This document shows positions 1-10,630 of a DNA stretch of 64,000 nt, piece by piece. Location: NCBI GenBank assembly GCA_041305085.1, contig JBFYMA010000022.1, positions 484 through 64,483 of the forward strand, given 5' to 3'. The translations under genes were made by a program, and so were the position numbers. Numbering within the stretch: the first letter of the stretch is position 1; every line of letters begins with the position of its first letter. Origin of the DNA: Nanobdellota archaeon. Lineage in GTDB: Archaea; Nanobdellota; Nanobdellia; Woesearchaeales; UBA9642. Below the pieces are notes generated by a model. It was not told the DNA's origin. It ran no database searches and saw only the letters and a program-made list of their open reading frames with translations.

Positions 1-295
1 CCCAGAATCTCAGAAAAGGATCCTTTTTTTTATTCAATATTGCCCTTCCTATATTCTTTCTGAAGATGCTCCTGTCCTTGTTCTGGTTCAGAAAGTGCTG
101 CTTAAGCCTGGACCTAAGCTGGTTTTTTCCTGTGTGTGTGCCTACCCTGACAATCCGGTCTGTACGATGAGATTTTTCTGTTTTTTCAAAAAGAATGTAG
201 ATTCCGTTGAGAGGAATGTTTAACTCATCAAAAGGAAAGCTGAACCTCTGCATACTGTTGAACAGCACATGAAGCTTTTCGCAGCTGCTGCTCAT
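1..295 (-). CDS. GIY-YIG-like nuclease domain protein (N-terminal part; gene runs off the window start)
   Basis: My own minus-strand translation from the ATG at 295: MSSSCEKLHVLFNSMQRFSFPFDELNIPLNGIYILFEKTEKSHRTDRIVRVGTHTGKNQLRSRLKQHFLNQNKDRSIFRKNIGRAILN. It has a GIY..(10-11 aa)..[YR]VG core followed by the conserved Arg and His (RL.QH), typical of GIY-YIG nucleases. The ATG overlaps the TGA of the upstream gene (ATGA). Confidence 0.5.
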   Translation of the reverse strand, partial: MSSSCEKLHVLFNSMQRFSFPFDELNIPLNGIYILFEKTEKSHRTDRIVRVGTHTGKNQLRSRLKQHFLNQNKDRSIFRKNIGRAILNKKKDPFLRFW

Positions 296-708
296 TTTGA
301 AACCCTCTTCTTAAGATAATGGAGCTGTTTTCCTATGCCAAGACCTTCCAGTGGAGTTTCATAATGTATTATTTTCGGAATCAGGTATTTCCTGTATTTT
401 TGGCTCGCAAGAAAAATGAATCTGTCATTTTTTAAATCTGCAAGGCATTCCAGGGAATCCAGAACTCCAATGCTCCATTCTCTGACTTCTTCGTCTTTCA
501 TTTTGTTCAGAGTTTGGTTGTAAGGACTTATTTCCTGGTCAGGATCCAGCAGGCCGTATTTTGCAGAAAGAATAAATATTTTGTCAGGTTTGAGTGATTC
601 TGCATATTTCCATGCATATACAAACAAAGGGCTTGTGTACATATCTTTTGCCTTTGACTTCTGGATTTTTTTCTTGCTTACGCATGAAACCAGCACTATC
701 TTTGCCAT
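292..708 (-). CDS. hypothetical protein (uncharacterised; translationally coupled to the downstream GIY-YIG-like gene)
   Basis: 138-aa ORF. A TATA-like sequence (ttttataataa on the minus strand) lies about 25 nt upstream of the ATG, suggesting a leaderless start. No recognisable catalytic motif. The stop overlaps the next start. Confidence 0.55.
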   Translation of the reverse strand: MAKIVLVSCVSKKKIQKSKAKDMYTSPLFVYAWKYAESLKPDKIFILSAKYGLLDPDQEISPYNQTLNKMKDEEVREWSIGVLDSLECLADLKNDRFIFLASQKYRKYLIPKIIHYETPLEGLGIGKQLHYLKKRVSK

Positions 709-1014
709 AAAAATCCAAGAATTAATATTATTATAAAAATAATTCTATTTTTGCTGCGTTAAAAATCTTGCTTTCGCGAGGTTAGCGCCTGGCTCACGGG
801 AAGTTGCCTTCCCTAGTGGCGCTCACTTCGTTCGGCACACAGCCTAACGCAATACTGCAAAGCAGCAGATCATTCCCTGATTGGATACGAGAAAAGCTTT
901 GCTTTTCTGGAAGGTACGCTCATTACATTCGATACCCAACCCCCTTTGCCTATTGAGCTATACTACTTGATATGCTTCGCCGGAAAAGGTGCCAACAACA
1001 ATTTCAATGCAGAA

Positions 1015-1932
1015 TTATTTTTCGTACAGCATATCAATTATCCTGTGGGCTTGTGCAAAATTGTTAAGCTGTATAAGAGCATCAGCAAGGTCTGTTACGC
1101 TGAGAAGACCTTCCAGCTTTTCCTCCTTTACTATTACCATCCTTTTTATCTTGTGCTCATGCATTATTTTTGCAATTTCAATCAATGAAGTGTCAGGAGA
1201 GGTGCTGATAACCGGACTGCTCATTATCTGCTCAATATGTATTTTGTCAGGATCGCTTTGGGAAGCGCATATTTTTCTGACCATGTCTGTATCAGTAACT
1301 ATTCCAATCGCTTTTTCTCCATCAACAATTACTATATCACCCACTTTGTAAGAGTCCATAAGGCCTGCAGCATCTCTTGCGGTTTTTTCCTTTTCACAGG
1401 TTATTATGTCAGAAGTCATCCACTTTTCAGCTGTTACTATGTTTTCAAATTTTTTTGCCCCAATCTTTTTTTTGGCTATATACTTTACAAGCTCGCCAAC
1501 TTCATATATTTTTCCAAGCTTCACCAGGCAGGCCATGAGGTCTGTGATTGTGAATATTCCTGCAAGGCTTCCGTGGCTTGTCACAGGGATCCTTTTTATC
1601 TTATTTCTAGTTATTATGTGGCTGGCCTGCATTATTGAGGAATTGGTCTCGATTACTATGGGCTTGGGGGTCATCACTTCTCCAATCTTGGTTTTTGATG
1701 GATCCTTTTTCTGCGCAACAACCCTTCTTGCAACATCTGTTTCAGTCAGTATGCCTATTATTTTGGCGTTTTTTTTGTTTAACAGAGAATTCTGGATTAC
1801 AACGATAGAGCCTATTTTTTTTTCAGCCATTATTTTTGTGGCTTCAAAGACAGTCCTGGTCTCTGTCAGTGTTTCCACTTGCTTTGCCATCCAATCATCT
1901 ACACTATCCCCTGAATAATTTTTTTCAGGCAT
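1015..1932 (-). CDS. CBS-domain protein (four tandem CBS domains)
   Basis: Repeated CBS signatures (e.g. GSIVVI..NSLLNKKNAKIIGILTETDVARRV, VGDIVIVDGEKAIGIVTDTDMVRK, KRMVIVKEEKLEGLLSVTDL). The ORF extends to 2007, but I chose the internal Met at 1932 to avoid the gap promoter; the start is uncertain (1890 is also possible). Confidence 0.7.
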   Translation of the reverse strand: MPEKNYSGDSVDDWMAKQVETLTETRTVFEATKIMAEKKIGSIVVIQNSLLNKKNAKIIGILTETDVARRVVAQKKDPSKTKIGEVMTPKPIVIETNSSIMQASHIITRNKIKRIPVTSHGSLAGIFTITDLMACLVKLGKIYEVGELVKYIAKKKIGAKKFENIVTAEKWMTSDIITCEKEKTARDAAGLMDSYKVGDIVIVDGEKAIGIVTDTDMVRKICASQSDPDKIHIEQIMSSPVISTSPDTSLIEIAKIMHEHKIKRMVIVKEEKLEGLLSVTDLADALIQLNNFAQAHRIIDMLYEK

Positions 1933-1962
1933 AACAATGTTTTTGTTGCTGAGGGTATTTAA

Positions 1963-3048
<1,086 letters not shown>

Positions 3049-3209
3049 TTTTTTGCTTTTTTTTTCTTATTTTTCTACACATACCATTTTTCTTTGTATG
3101 TTTTAATGTACTTTTTCTTAAGCACTTTTTCATCCAGTTTCTTTGGCAAAACTTCTCTAAGTTTTCCGTAATAAAAACATTTTTATATTAACCTGCATTC
3201 TTTTTTTTT

Positions 3210-3737
3210 ATGTCACAGGCATTGATAATTGTTGACTACGAAAACGAATGGGTAGACAGGAATTCTGAGTACTTCGTAGGGAACATCTCTGACAAAATAG
3301 TCAGTCTTAACAAGCTCATAAAATTCTGCAGAGGCAAAAAGATTCCAATATTTTTCACCACACACATTGAGAAGGATTCTGAAAAAGAGTTTAAAGAAGG
3401 AACAAAAAATGTTGAGATAATTTCAGACATAAATTTCGACAAAAACAAGGATATACTTATAAAAAAGAGCAAGATTTCCCCTTTCTACAAGACAGAGCTG
3501 GAACAAAAGCTTCAAAAGCTCAAAGTGAAAGAGCTAATAATTACAGGCATATTAACAAACCTGTGTGTAAGAAGCCTTGCTTCAGATGCCTACGACAGGG
3601 AATACTCAGTAAAAATAATTACAGATACATGCGCAGCATTTGACGAGGAAACGCACAACTTCACAATAAGGGATCTGCAGAGCACAAGGGATGAGATGAA
3701 ATTCTTGACAGCAAGGGAATTTATTAACTCAGGCTGA
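3210..3737 (+). CDS. isochorismatase-family (cysteine) hydrolase
   Basis: ALIIVDYENEW..., ELIITGILTNLCVRSLASDAYDREYSV (catalytic Cys in a TN.CV context), typical of isochorismatase/nicotinamidase-like hydrolases. Confidence 0.7.
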   Translation: MSQALIIVDYENEWVDRNSEYFVGNISDKIVSLNKLIKFCRGKKIPIFFTTHIEKDSEKEFKEGTKNVEIISDINFDKNKDILIKKSKISPFYKTELEQKLQKLKVKELIITGILTNLCVRSLASDAYDREYSVKIITDTCAAFDEETHNFTIRDLQSTRDEMKFLTAREFINSG

Positions 3738-3789
3738 AACCCCATAACCTTTATAAAGTTCTTTTCTTTCTGTATTCTATTGGAGGAGT

Positions 3790-3918
3790 ATGAAATGCGC
3801 TGAATGCCGGAAAGGTGTCAGCCAGATATCTGACACGGTCTGGTACTGCAAAGAGTGTGATAGGATAATCATAAGCAAAGACGAATTAATAGAGGAAAAG
3901 CAGCTGAAAAGGAGGTAA
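3790..3918 (+). CDS. small zinc-ribbon protein (42 aa, CxxC..CxxC), not in the ORF track
   Basis: My own translation: MKCAECRKGVSQISDTVWYCKECDRIIISKDELIEEKQLKRR. It has two CxxC pairs. It ends 3 nt before the pgk ATG and contains the pgk SD (AGGAGG). Confidence 0.4.
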   Translation: MKCAECRKGVSQISDTVWYCKECDRIIISKDELIEEKQLKRR

Positions 3919-3921
3919 AAA

Positions 3922-5109
3922 ATGAAATTCTTGAAAGACTTCAACTTCAAAGGGAAAAAAGTTATACTCAGGGCAGGTTTTGACATGCCTCTCGATGATC
4001 AAGGAAAAATATCAGATGACACAAGGATAAGGGAGACCCTTCCCACAATAAACTATCTTTTGGATAATTGTTGCAGGCAGCTAATAATAATATCCCACAT
4101 GGGAAGGCCAAAAGAACAGGTGGTTGAAAAGCTGAAAAATGATGTTGTTGCGCAGAAACTTTCAGAGCTGCTCGGCAAGGAAGTTGTAAAGCTGAATGAA
4201 TGCGCAGATGCAGTGATTCCTGAAAATAAAAGCATAATAATTCTTGAAAACCTGAGGTTTTACAAAGGAGAAGAGGCAAACGATGAAGACTTCTCAAAAA
4301 AGCTTGCCAACCTGGCAGATATTTATGTTAATGACGCTTTTTCAGTTATGCACAGGGAGCATTCAAGCATAGTGGGAATACCAAAATTCATCCCAGGATG
4401 TGCAGGGCTTCTAATTGAAAAGGAATTGAATGCGCTGACAATGGAAAACGCAGAAAAGCCCATACTCGGAATACTTGGAGGAAGCAAAATAAGCAGCAAA
4501 TTCGGGCTTATACAGGAGCTTCTCAAAAAGGTAGATAAGCTCCTTCTCGGAGGGGCAATGATCTTTACTTTTTACAAGGCCAAAGGGCTTGAAATTGGGA
4601 AAAGCCTTTTTGAGAAGGATGAAGTTGAAAAGGCAAAGCTTCTGATGAACAATGAAAAAATAATTTTGCCGACAGATATTGTTGTTGCAAAGGCATCCAG
4701 AATTGAAGATGTTAACCATAATTCAGAGGCAAAAACAATAACTCCTGAAAAAATTCCTGTTGATTGCATGGGGCTTGATGTGGGCCAGGATTCTGTTGAC
4801 GAGTTTGAGCTGGAGATGAAGGATGCAAAAACTGTTGTGTGGAACGGCCCATTGGGGTATTTTGAAGAGCCAAAGTTTGCAGAGTCAACAAAAAAAATTG
4901 CTAATTATCTGGCAGACTCAGGCAAAAAAGTAATTATAGGAGGAGGAGACACAGTCGCTGCTCTTGAAACTTTTGGAATACCAAAAGAAAAGTTTTTTCA
5001 TGTTTCAACTGGAGGAGGAGCGAGCATGGAGCTTATAGAAGGCAAAGTGCTGCCAGGAGTCAAGGCGCTGAATGACAATGAAGTTGAGTTTTTTGAAGTG
5101 AAAGGGTAA
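3922..5109 (+). CDS. pgk: phosphoglycerate kinase
   Basis: GKKVILRAGFDMPLDD, ISHMGRPK, GGGASMELIEGK hinge/ATP-site motifs. Full-length 395 aa. AGGAGG SD 6 nt upstream. Confidence 0.92.
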   Translation: MKFLKDFNFKGKKVILRAGFDMPLDDQGKISDDTRIRETLPTINYLLDNCCRQLIIISHMGRPKEQVVEKLKNDVVAQKLSELLGKEVVKLNECADAVIPENKSIIILENLRFYKGEEANDEDFSKKLANLADIYVNDAFSVMHREHSSIVGIPKFIPGCAGLLIEKELNALTMENAEKPILGILGGSKISSKFGLIQELLKKVDKLLLGGAMIFTFYKAKGLEIGKSLFEKDEVEKAKLLMNNEKIILPTDIVVAKASRIEDVNHNSEAKTITPEKIPVDCMGLDVGQDSVDEFELEMKDAKTVVWNGPLGYFEEPKFAESTKKIANYLADSGKKVIIGGGDTVAALETFGIPKEKFFHVSTGGGASMELIEGKVLPGVKALNDNEVEFFEVKG

Positions 5110-5110
5110 G

Positions 5111-5545
5111 TCAGCCTTCCCGCCTCAAGAAGTCTCCTTTGTCGAGCAATGGCTTGAGCATGTGCTTTCCTCCGTGCTGAAGAACTCCATAGCCAACATT
5201 TTCATCTTTTTCGTTCTGAACAAGGCACAGGCCATTTTGTATGTTGCTTTTTGTTATGTTTTCCTGGAACACATCCCTCTTGCAGGTAAAAAGCCATTCT
5301 CCTCTTTCATTCAGAAAAACTTTTTTCTGGCTTTTTTTGCTTATAATTTCAAGAAGTGCAAGGCTTGGGATAAACGCTTTTTTTGTTTCCCCAAGAAATA
5401 AACCTATGTGAAATAAATCTCTTTTTATGTCCTTGCTGTAATTCCATAACAAGGGATCTGCCTGGTAATATTTTCGCCCCATTTTATGGATATTTTCCAG
5501 CTCAAAGTTGCAGAATTTTTCTACAAATTGTTTCAGCGCTTCCAT
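5111..5545 (-). CDS. PUA-domain protein (Nip7-like, possible ribosome-biogenesis factor)
   Basis: The C-terminal NGLCLVQNEKDENVGYGV resembles PUA-domain beta-strands of archaeal Nip7 homologs. This is a weak assignment made from memory. Confidence 0.4.
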   Translation of the reverse strand: MEALKQFVEKFCNFELENIHKMGRKYYQADPLLWNYSKDIKRDLFHIGLFLGETKKAFIPSLALLEIISKKSQKKVFLNERGEWLFTCKRDVFQENITKSNIQNGLCLVQNEKDENVGYGVLQHGGKHMLKPLLDKGDFLRREG

Positions 5546-6774
5546 TTTATAGGGTTGCCAGAAAGCTCTGACAGTTTTTCAGTAATTTTTTGGAGTACAA
5601 GGTTGGGGTTTGTGCTTTCTAAGGTGTTTTCGATGGCTGCAAGCTGTTTTTCCTGATCTTTTATGCTTTGCTGGGTGCTTTCAAGATAGCTCTTCTGCTC
5701 TCTCAACTGGAGGCTTGTGGTGTTTTTCCTGATTTTTTCAGTATTCTCAGAAAGCTCTTTTTTTGCCTGCAAAAGCATTTTTCTTTTTTCTGCAAGAGCT
5801 TGTTTTGTAAGGCTTTTTATTGCTTCAAGGGTCTTTTCCTTTTTCTTGTCCTTTATTTCCAGCTTGTCTTTTTTCAGCTCTTCCTGGAGCTTTGAAATAG
5901 TATTTTTTATCTCTATCTTTTCATCATCCATAAGAGCTTCTGAAGGGTTGTCGATATATTGTTTAATGATATTGTCATCCAGCGCTTTTTTTGAAAACTT
6001 TTTAAGAGCTTTTTCAATTTCAGAAAAATCCTGGAGCAATTCGCTTTTCTGCTTTGCAAGCTTCTGCTCAATTGCCTCTTTTTCTTTCAGGAAACCCTTG
6101 TAGAACCTGTAGTCGTTGCTGCTTTCAAGTGAGTGAATCTTTTTAAGGATTTTTTCTTTTTCAGAATTCAAAATTTCTATCTCTGACTCTATGAATTTCT
6201 TGTGGCTTTTGGCATCTGCAAGGTGTATGCGCATATCCTCAACCTTTTTGAACAGCCCATTTATTTCATTTACCAGCTCTATGTTTTCCTTTTCAAGAAG
6301 CCGCCTTATTCCTATAAATAAATCCTCCAGCTCTTTTATTTTTCTTGTAAGCTTTTTTATTGTCTCCTCAAAAAAATCTTTCAGCACAAAAAGGCTTTTC
6401 TGGGTTTCAGCTGTTAGCAGCTCAAGGTCTTCAAAAAAATTCTTGCAGGCTTCATCAATCTCAATATAGGATTCAGGAATGCTTATTTTGTTTGCAAAAA
6501 CCCTTGTCCGTTTTATGAAGTTTTCCCTGTTGCCCTCCATTATCTGCCTTTCCCTTTCAGGAATGTTGGAGTTTCTGAGCTCTTCGCTTTCCAGAACATC
6601 AAGGTATTCTTTCAGCTTTTTTATGTTGTATTGAACCTCTATGCTTATTTCGTGAATTTTTGCGTTCAGCTTTGCAAATTTTTGGTTTATGGATTTTTCA
6701 AAGAAAGGATGGAGATCTGGTTCTTTTAATTCAACTGCCTCTTCCTTTTTTTTAAGAAAATCAAAGAGTCCCAT
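5533..6774 (-). CDS. long coiled-coil protein (hypothetical)
   Basis: 413 aa, rich in K/E heptad-like repeats throughout. No enzymatic motif. Confidence 0.6.
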   Translation of the reverse strand: MGLFDFLKKKEEAVELKEPDLHPFFEKSINQKFAKLNAKIHEISIEVQYNIKKLKEYLDVLESEELRNSNIPERERQIMEGNRENFIKRTRVFANKISIPESYIEIDEACKNFFEDLELLTAETQKSLFVLKDFFEETIKKLTRKIKELEDLFIGIRRLLEKENIELVNEINGLFKKVEDMRIHLADAKSHKKFIESEIEILNSEKEKILKKIHSLESSNDYRFYKGFLKEKEAIEQKLAKQKSELLQDFSEIEKALKKFSKKALDDNIIKQYIDNPSEALMDDEKIEIKNTISKLQEELKKDKLEIKDKKKEKTLEAIKSLTKQALAEKRKMLLQAKKELSENTEKIRKNTTSLQLREQKSYLESTQQSIKDQEKQLAAIENTLESTNPNLVLQKITEKLSELSGNPIKWKR

Positions 6775-6849
6775 AATACTGCTGGAGGAGGTTCTGGTTT
6801 AAAAAGCTTGTGCGTTAACTTTATTAATGCTGTTTGTTATTTTAGCTTT

Positions 6850-7164
6850 ATGAAGAGGAAATACAGCAAAAAGCCCCTTAAAGAAGTGGCTGTTGCAAAG
6901 CAGAGGATAAAAAAACTGTTCGAGCAGGCAGATCTGAGGTTTGATGAGGCTCCAGAGCTTTCCAACAGGTATGTTTATTTAGCAAGAAAAATCGCCATGA
7001 AGCTTAAAATAAGAATTCCTACTTCTATGAAGAGAAGGTTCTGCAAGCACTGTTATTCATTTCTGGTTCCGAACAAGAACTGCAGGGTCAGGATAAGAAA
7101 GGATAAAGTAATTTACAGCTGCTTTAACTGCAAGAAGTTCATGCGGTTTGGGTATAAAAAATGA
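6850..7164 (+). CDS. rnp4: RNase P protein component Rpp21/Rpr2 (Rnp4)
   Basis: Basic N-terminal helices (KQRIKKLFEQADLRF..RYVYLARKIAMK) plus a C-terminal zinc ribbon CKHC..(17)..CFNC, characteristic of archaeal Rpp21. Start trimmed to the internal Met (MKRKYSKK). Confidence 0.75.
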   Translation: MKRKYSKKPLKEVAVAKQRIKKLFEQADLRFDEAPELSNRYVYLARKIAMKLKIRIPTSMKRRFCKHCYSFLVPNKNCRVRIRKDKVIYSCFNCKKFMRFGYKK

Positions 7165-7198
7165 GGTGTATAAAATGAACTGGTGGTTTCCAGTTTTT

Positions 7199-9709
7199 TT
7201 AGTGGTGTTTTTGCTTAACCTTTTCCTCAATCTCTTTCCTGAACCTTTCAAGCGTCTTGACTATGTGCTCTGGCTGAGTTTTTAGTATTTCTGCTGTTTT
7301 CTCTATTACATCCCCGCGGTACTTTTCCGTACTAACAAGCATTGGATCTGTATTTAGCTTTTTCTTTTTAACAATCAATTTCCACTTTTCAAACAGTTCC
7401 TCTGCCCTTCCTGGTATCTCATCTTTTCCGCACTCAAGGATTTTTTTTGCCTGCGCAATAGCTGTGCCCTGGAAAGTTATCAGCTTATCTGTTGCCCTGC
7501 CTGCTGTAAACTCTATGCGGACTATGCCATCCTGTATTTTTGAAGTCTTTATAATCCTTATTTCGCCAACATCACCTGTTATGTCCAGATGTGTTCCTCC
7601 GCATGCCTCAACATCCAGTCCTGGAATTTCCACTATTCTGAGCTCTTTGCCAGGCACTGCTCCTCCCTGATATATGGAAAAGCTGTACTTTTGCTCTGCC
7701 AACCCGCGGGGCATAATTGTTTTGTACACCGGCAGGTTTTGGTGAACTATCTTGTTGGACTCTTTCTGGATATCTATTTCCTGCTCTCTTGTCAATGAGT
7801 CATAATGGGTTATGTCCAGCCTGGCCTTTTCAAGTGTTTTTGCTGCGCCTGCCTGGAATATGTGCTTTCCCAAAAGCTTTCTGCATACACCGTTGAGTAT
7901 GTGGGTTGCTGTGTGGTGCTGCGCCAGCTGGGTTCTTCTTTCAATGTCTATCCTGCAGTCAACTTTTTGCCCTTTCTTGAAGCTGTGGCTGCCAACAACG
8001 TGAACTATGTGAGGGCCGTGCTTGTATATTTCAAGGACTTTTGAACTTCCTATTTTTCCAAGGTCGTGCAGCTGACCTCCTGATGTTGGGTAAAATGCTG
8101 TCCTGTCAAGGACTATTTTGTTTCCGAATATTTCCTGAATTTTTGCCTCAAATGCAACATAATCGTAGTGCTCATAATATAGTATTTCTGTTGGTGGAGA
8201 ATCTATTTTCAGATCTTCTTTTTTCTTTGTCTGGGTTTGCTGTTCCTTTTTTTCGTGCAGACTGCTTACTATGCTGTAAAAATTGTCAGGAATCTCTATG
8301 GTCTGATTATTTTTTTCTGCTTCCTGCCTTATCTCTTCAGGAGTTATTCCCTGGCTGTCATATAGCTCAACAAGCTTTTTTTCATCTATTTTTTTGCCTT
8401 TTGAAATAAGGCCTGTTATTATCTGCTGGTTTCTTTTTTTTGTTTCTGCAAACTTGTTTTTTTCAAAATCAAGGATTGTTTTTACGTTTTCAAGGCTTTC
8501 CAGCAGTTCAGGGTAAAGGCTTTTCAGCTCTTTTGAATGCTTTTCGCACACCTCGGAGATATCAACTTTCCATCCGTAGCTGTCTATAAAATTTAGCGCC
8601 CTTCTGAAAAGAACTCTCAGGTTATAGCCGCCTTTTACATTGCTCGGAAGAACCCCGTCGCTCAAAGCCACTAATAAACTTCTGGAGTGCTCTGCAATGC
8701 TGTATATTGCTGACAAAGGCATTATCTGATTTTTGAGCTCTTTTTCATTCACACCAATTTTTTTTGAGATTTTTTTCCAGACTTTGTCAATGTCTGCAAC
8801 CTCATCCCTGTTTAAAAGCGCTGCATATGGTATGAATTTTTTTAGCAAAGCAGAGGGCTTTTTGTAGCCTGTTTTTTCAAGCACAAAATTGAGCGTTTCA
8901 GGGAATGTTGCATCGTACTGCGTTTCTGCTCCCTGGGAAAACCAGGCGTTTCTTTCCTGGCCCATACCCATATCAAGCACGTTAAGGTTCAGCTGTTTTA
9001 ATCCATTGCTGGTTTGCTCGTACTGCATATATACTTGGTTTCCAAGCTCTACACCTCTTGAAAAAAACTCCATGCACGGCCCTACATTGCCTCCGCCTGC
9101 CCAGCCGTCTTCGTGAAATATAACTTCTTCTTTTGGAAGCCCAAGCCCTTTTGTTATCCAGTTATAGATGTGTTCAAAGTAAAGGTTTACATCCCAGTCC
9201 TTTTTTTGTACAAACGCGTGCTGCCCAATCATGCTGAACCCTGTGTTGTGGGCACCTGTTATTCCAACATTGTCTATGTCATTAAACCTCAGGCAGAACT
9301 GGGGGACAACCAGAGGGTTGGCTGGAGGCTCTATTTCTCCAGAAACAACATAGGGCTGGAAGTCGTAAATAGATGCCTGGACAAAGTCTGTGTCTGAGCG
9401 CCATCTTGCAGCCACAGGATACCTTTTTATCGGAGTGTAGCCCTGATTTTTGAAAAGTTTTGAGAATTCCTGCCATACTTCTGTATAGCTCATCCTGTTT
9501 TTTGCTGGAGTGTTGCCAATAAACCTGAATCCTCCACTGCACTCAGGCTCTCCACAAGTCTTGCTGTTAATGCTCCAGAAGTATTTTCCGCAGCTGCACT
9601 TTTTTCTTGAAAAGCCGTATTTTTTAAGGGTTTCTGTGGCGTAGTATTTGTCAGGGTCTTTAGAAGCTTTGATTCTGAACTCCTGCTTTAGAGCTTTTGC
9701 ATCCATCAA
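7199..9709 (-). CDS. alaS: alanyl-tRNA synthetase (archaeal type)
   Basis: 836 aa. Archaeal-type N-terminus, class II core, editing-domain HxxxH/CxxxH (HHTATH..C..) and a C-terminal DHHA1-like region. Confidence 0.9.
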   Translation of the reverse strand: MMDAKALKQEFRIKASKDPDKYYATETLKKYGFSRKKCSCGKYFWSINSKTCGEPECSGGFRFIGNTPAKNRMSYTEVWQEFSKLFKNQGYTPIKRYPVAARWRSDTDFVQASIYDFQPYVVSGEIEPPANPLVVPQFCLRFNDIDNVGITGAHNTGFSMIGQHAFVQKKDWDVNLYFEHIYNWITKGLGLPKEEVIFHEDGWAGGGNVGPCMEFFSRGVELGNQVYMQYEQTSNGLKQLNLNVLDMGMGQERNAWFSQGAETQYDATFPETLNFVLEKTGYKKPSALLKKFIPYAALLNRDEVADIDKVWKKISKKIGVNEKELKNQIMPLSAIYSIAEHSRSLLVALSDGVLPSNVKGGYNLRVLFRRALNFIDSYGWKVDISEVCEKHSKELKSLYPELLESLENVKTILDFEKNKFAETKKRNQQIITGLISKGKKIDEKKLVELYDSQGITPEEIRQEAEKNNQTIEIPDNFYSIVSSLHEKKEQQTQTKKKEDLKIDSPPTEILYYEHYDYVAFEAKIQEIFGNKIVLDRTAFYPTSGGQLHDLGKIGSSKVLEIYKHGPHIVHVVGSHSFKKGQKVDCRIDIERRTQLAQHHTATHILNGVCRKLLGKHIFQAGAAKTLEKARLDITHYDSLTREQEIDIQKESNKIVHQNLPVYKTIMPRGLAEQKYSFSIYQGGAVPGKELRIVEIPGLDVEACGGTHLDITGDVGEIRIIKTSKIQDGIVRIEFTAGRATDKLITFQGTAIAQAKKILECGKDEIPGRAEELFEKWKLIVKKKKLNTDPMLVSTEKYRGDVIEKTAEILKTQPEHIVKTLERFRKEIEEKVKQKHH

Positions 9710-9843
9710 TCTGGAGTTTGATGCTTTATTTAAATAGTTTTAGCAGGCAAAAACTCCTCCAGGACCACTTTTTGTATAAAAATATTCACTATGTAGTGGT
9801 TAATTTAGAAATATTTAAAAATGATGGCTTAATCTTGCTAATT

Positions 9844-10629
9844 ATGCTTCAGGCAATTATATGCGATTATGATGGAACACTTGCTCCTACCATGGAAAGG
9901 CAGCAAAAATGGTTTAAGCACTGGTCAGAAGTCCATCGAAAAACCTGGGCTTTGGATGGCATTAAGGAGTTTGCAGCATTCTATAATCATCATTGCGCAA
10001 AGGAGGGAGGAGTGCAGAATGTTTATAATGCATTGAACCTGCCTTGTGAGATGAACAACAGAAAACATCCTGTGTGGTCAGCATATGAAGAGTTCAATAT
10101 TAAAAATCCTCATATGCTATATCCAGGAGTAAAAAAAACAATCAAGACAATCTGGGAGTTGGGGCGGCTTGGAACAAGCCCAGACAGCAATCGGCGCCTT
10201 AGACTAGGAATAAACACCACAAACAGCTGGACGTCTATAAGGAAAGATTTGGAAAAAGGAGGCATACTAAAGTATTTTGATGCTTATGTTACAGAAGAAG
10301 TTCTGAGAGCATACCAGGGAAATGGGATGCCTGATCCATTGAAAAAGCCCTCACCTATTTCTTTAGCGCTTATGCTGGGCTTGCTTGATTCTTCAGGAAG
10401 TGTTGCACTTCATTGGGGAGATACGTTGAATGATTTAAGGTCGTCCCAAAAAATAATAAGGCTAAATCCTGCCAACCCTGAAAAAGTAAAGACAATAGGA
10501 GCCTGCTATGGGTATGAGAAAAGGGAAATACTTGAGCGAGGGGTTGAAGTTGGTGGAAAGATTGTGACTTTTGACTATCTTGTCGACAGCCCTGAAGAAG
10601 TCATAGACATTGTCAGGAGCCTTTTGTAG
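9844..10629 (+). CDS. HAD-superfamily hydrolase
   Basis: Motif I ICDYDGTL and a C-terminal GD..ND motif (HWGDTLNDL). The ORF-track N-terminal extension (9697) overlaps alaS and was trimmed. Confidence 0.65.
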   Translation: MLQAIICDYDGTLAPTMERQQKWFKHWSEVHRKTWALDGIKEFAAFYNHHCAKEGGVQNVYNALNLPCEMNNRKHPVWSAYEEFNIKNPHMLYPGVKKTIKTIWELGRLGTSPDSNRRLRLGINTTNSWTSIRKDLEKGGILKYFDAYVTEEVLRAYQGNGMPDPLKKPSPISLALMLGLLDSSGSVALHWGDTLNDLRSSQKIIRLNPANPEKVKTIGACYGYEKREILERGVEVGGKIVTFDYLVDSPEEVIDIVRSLL

Positions 10630-10630
10630 A

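Noticed and set aside
770-940. Possible tRNA (perhaps intron-containing) in the GC-rich hairpin region
   Set aside because: No GTTCGAATC-type T-loop on either strand and no 7-bp acceptor/cloverleaf arrangement.
3777-3986. 69-aa minus-strand ORF overlapping the pgk start
   Set aside because: It is antisense to a well-supported pgk N-terminus and to the small Zn-ribbon ORF. Its composition is hydrophobic low complexity.
7464-9397. Multiple 60-120-aa ORFs on both strands inside alaS (and similar antisense ORFs inside glmS, the OFOR genes, the ATPase and others)
   Set aside because: They are antisense or out-of-frame to long genes with clear homology-grade motifs. They are shadow ORFs.
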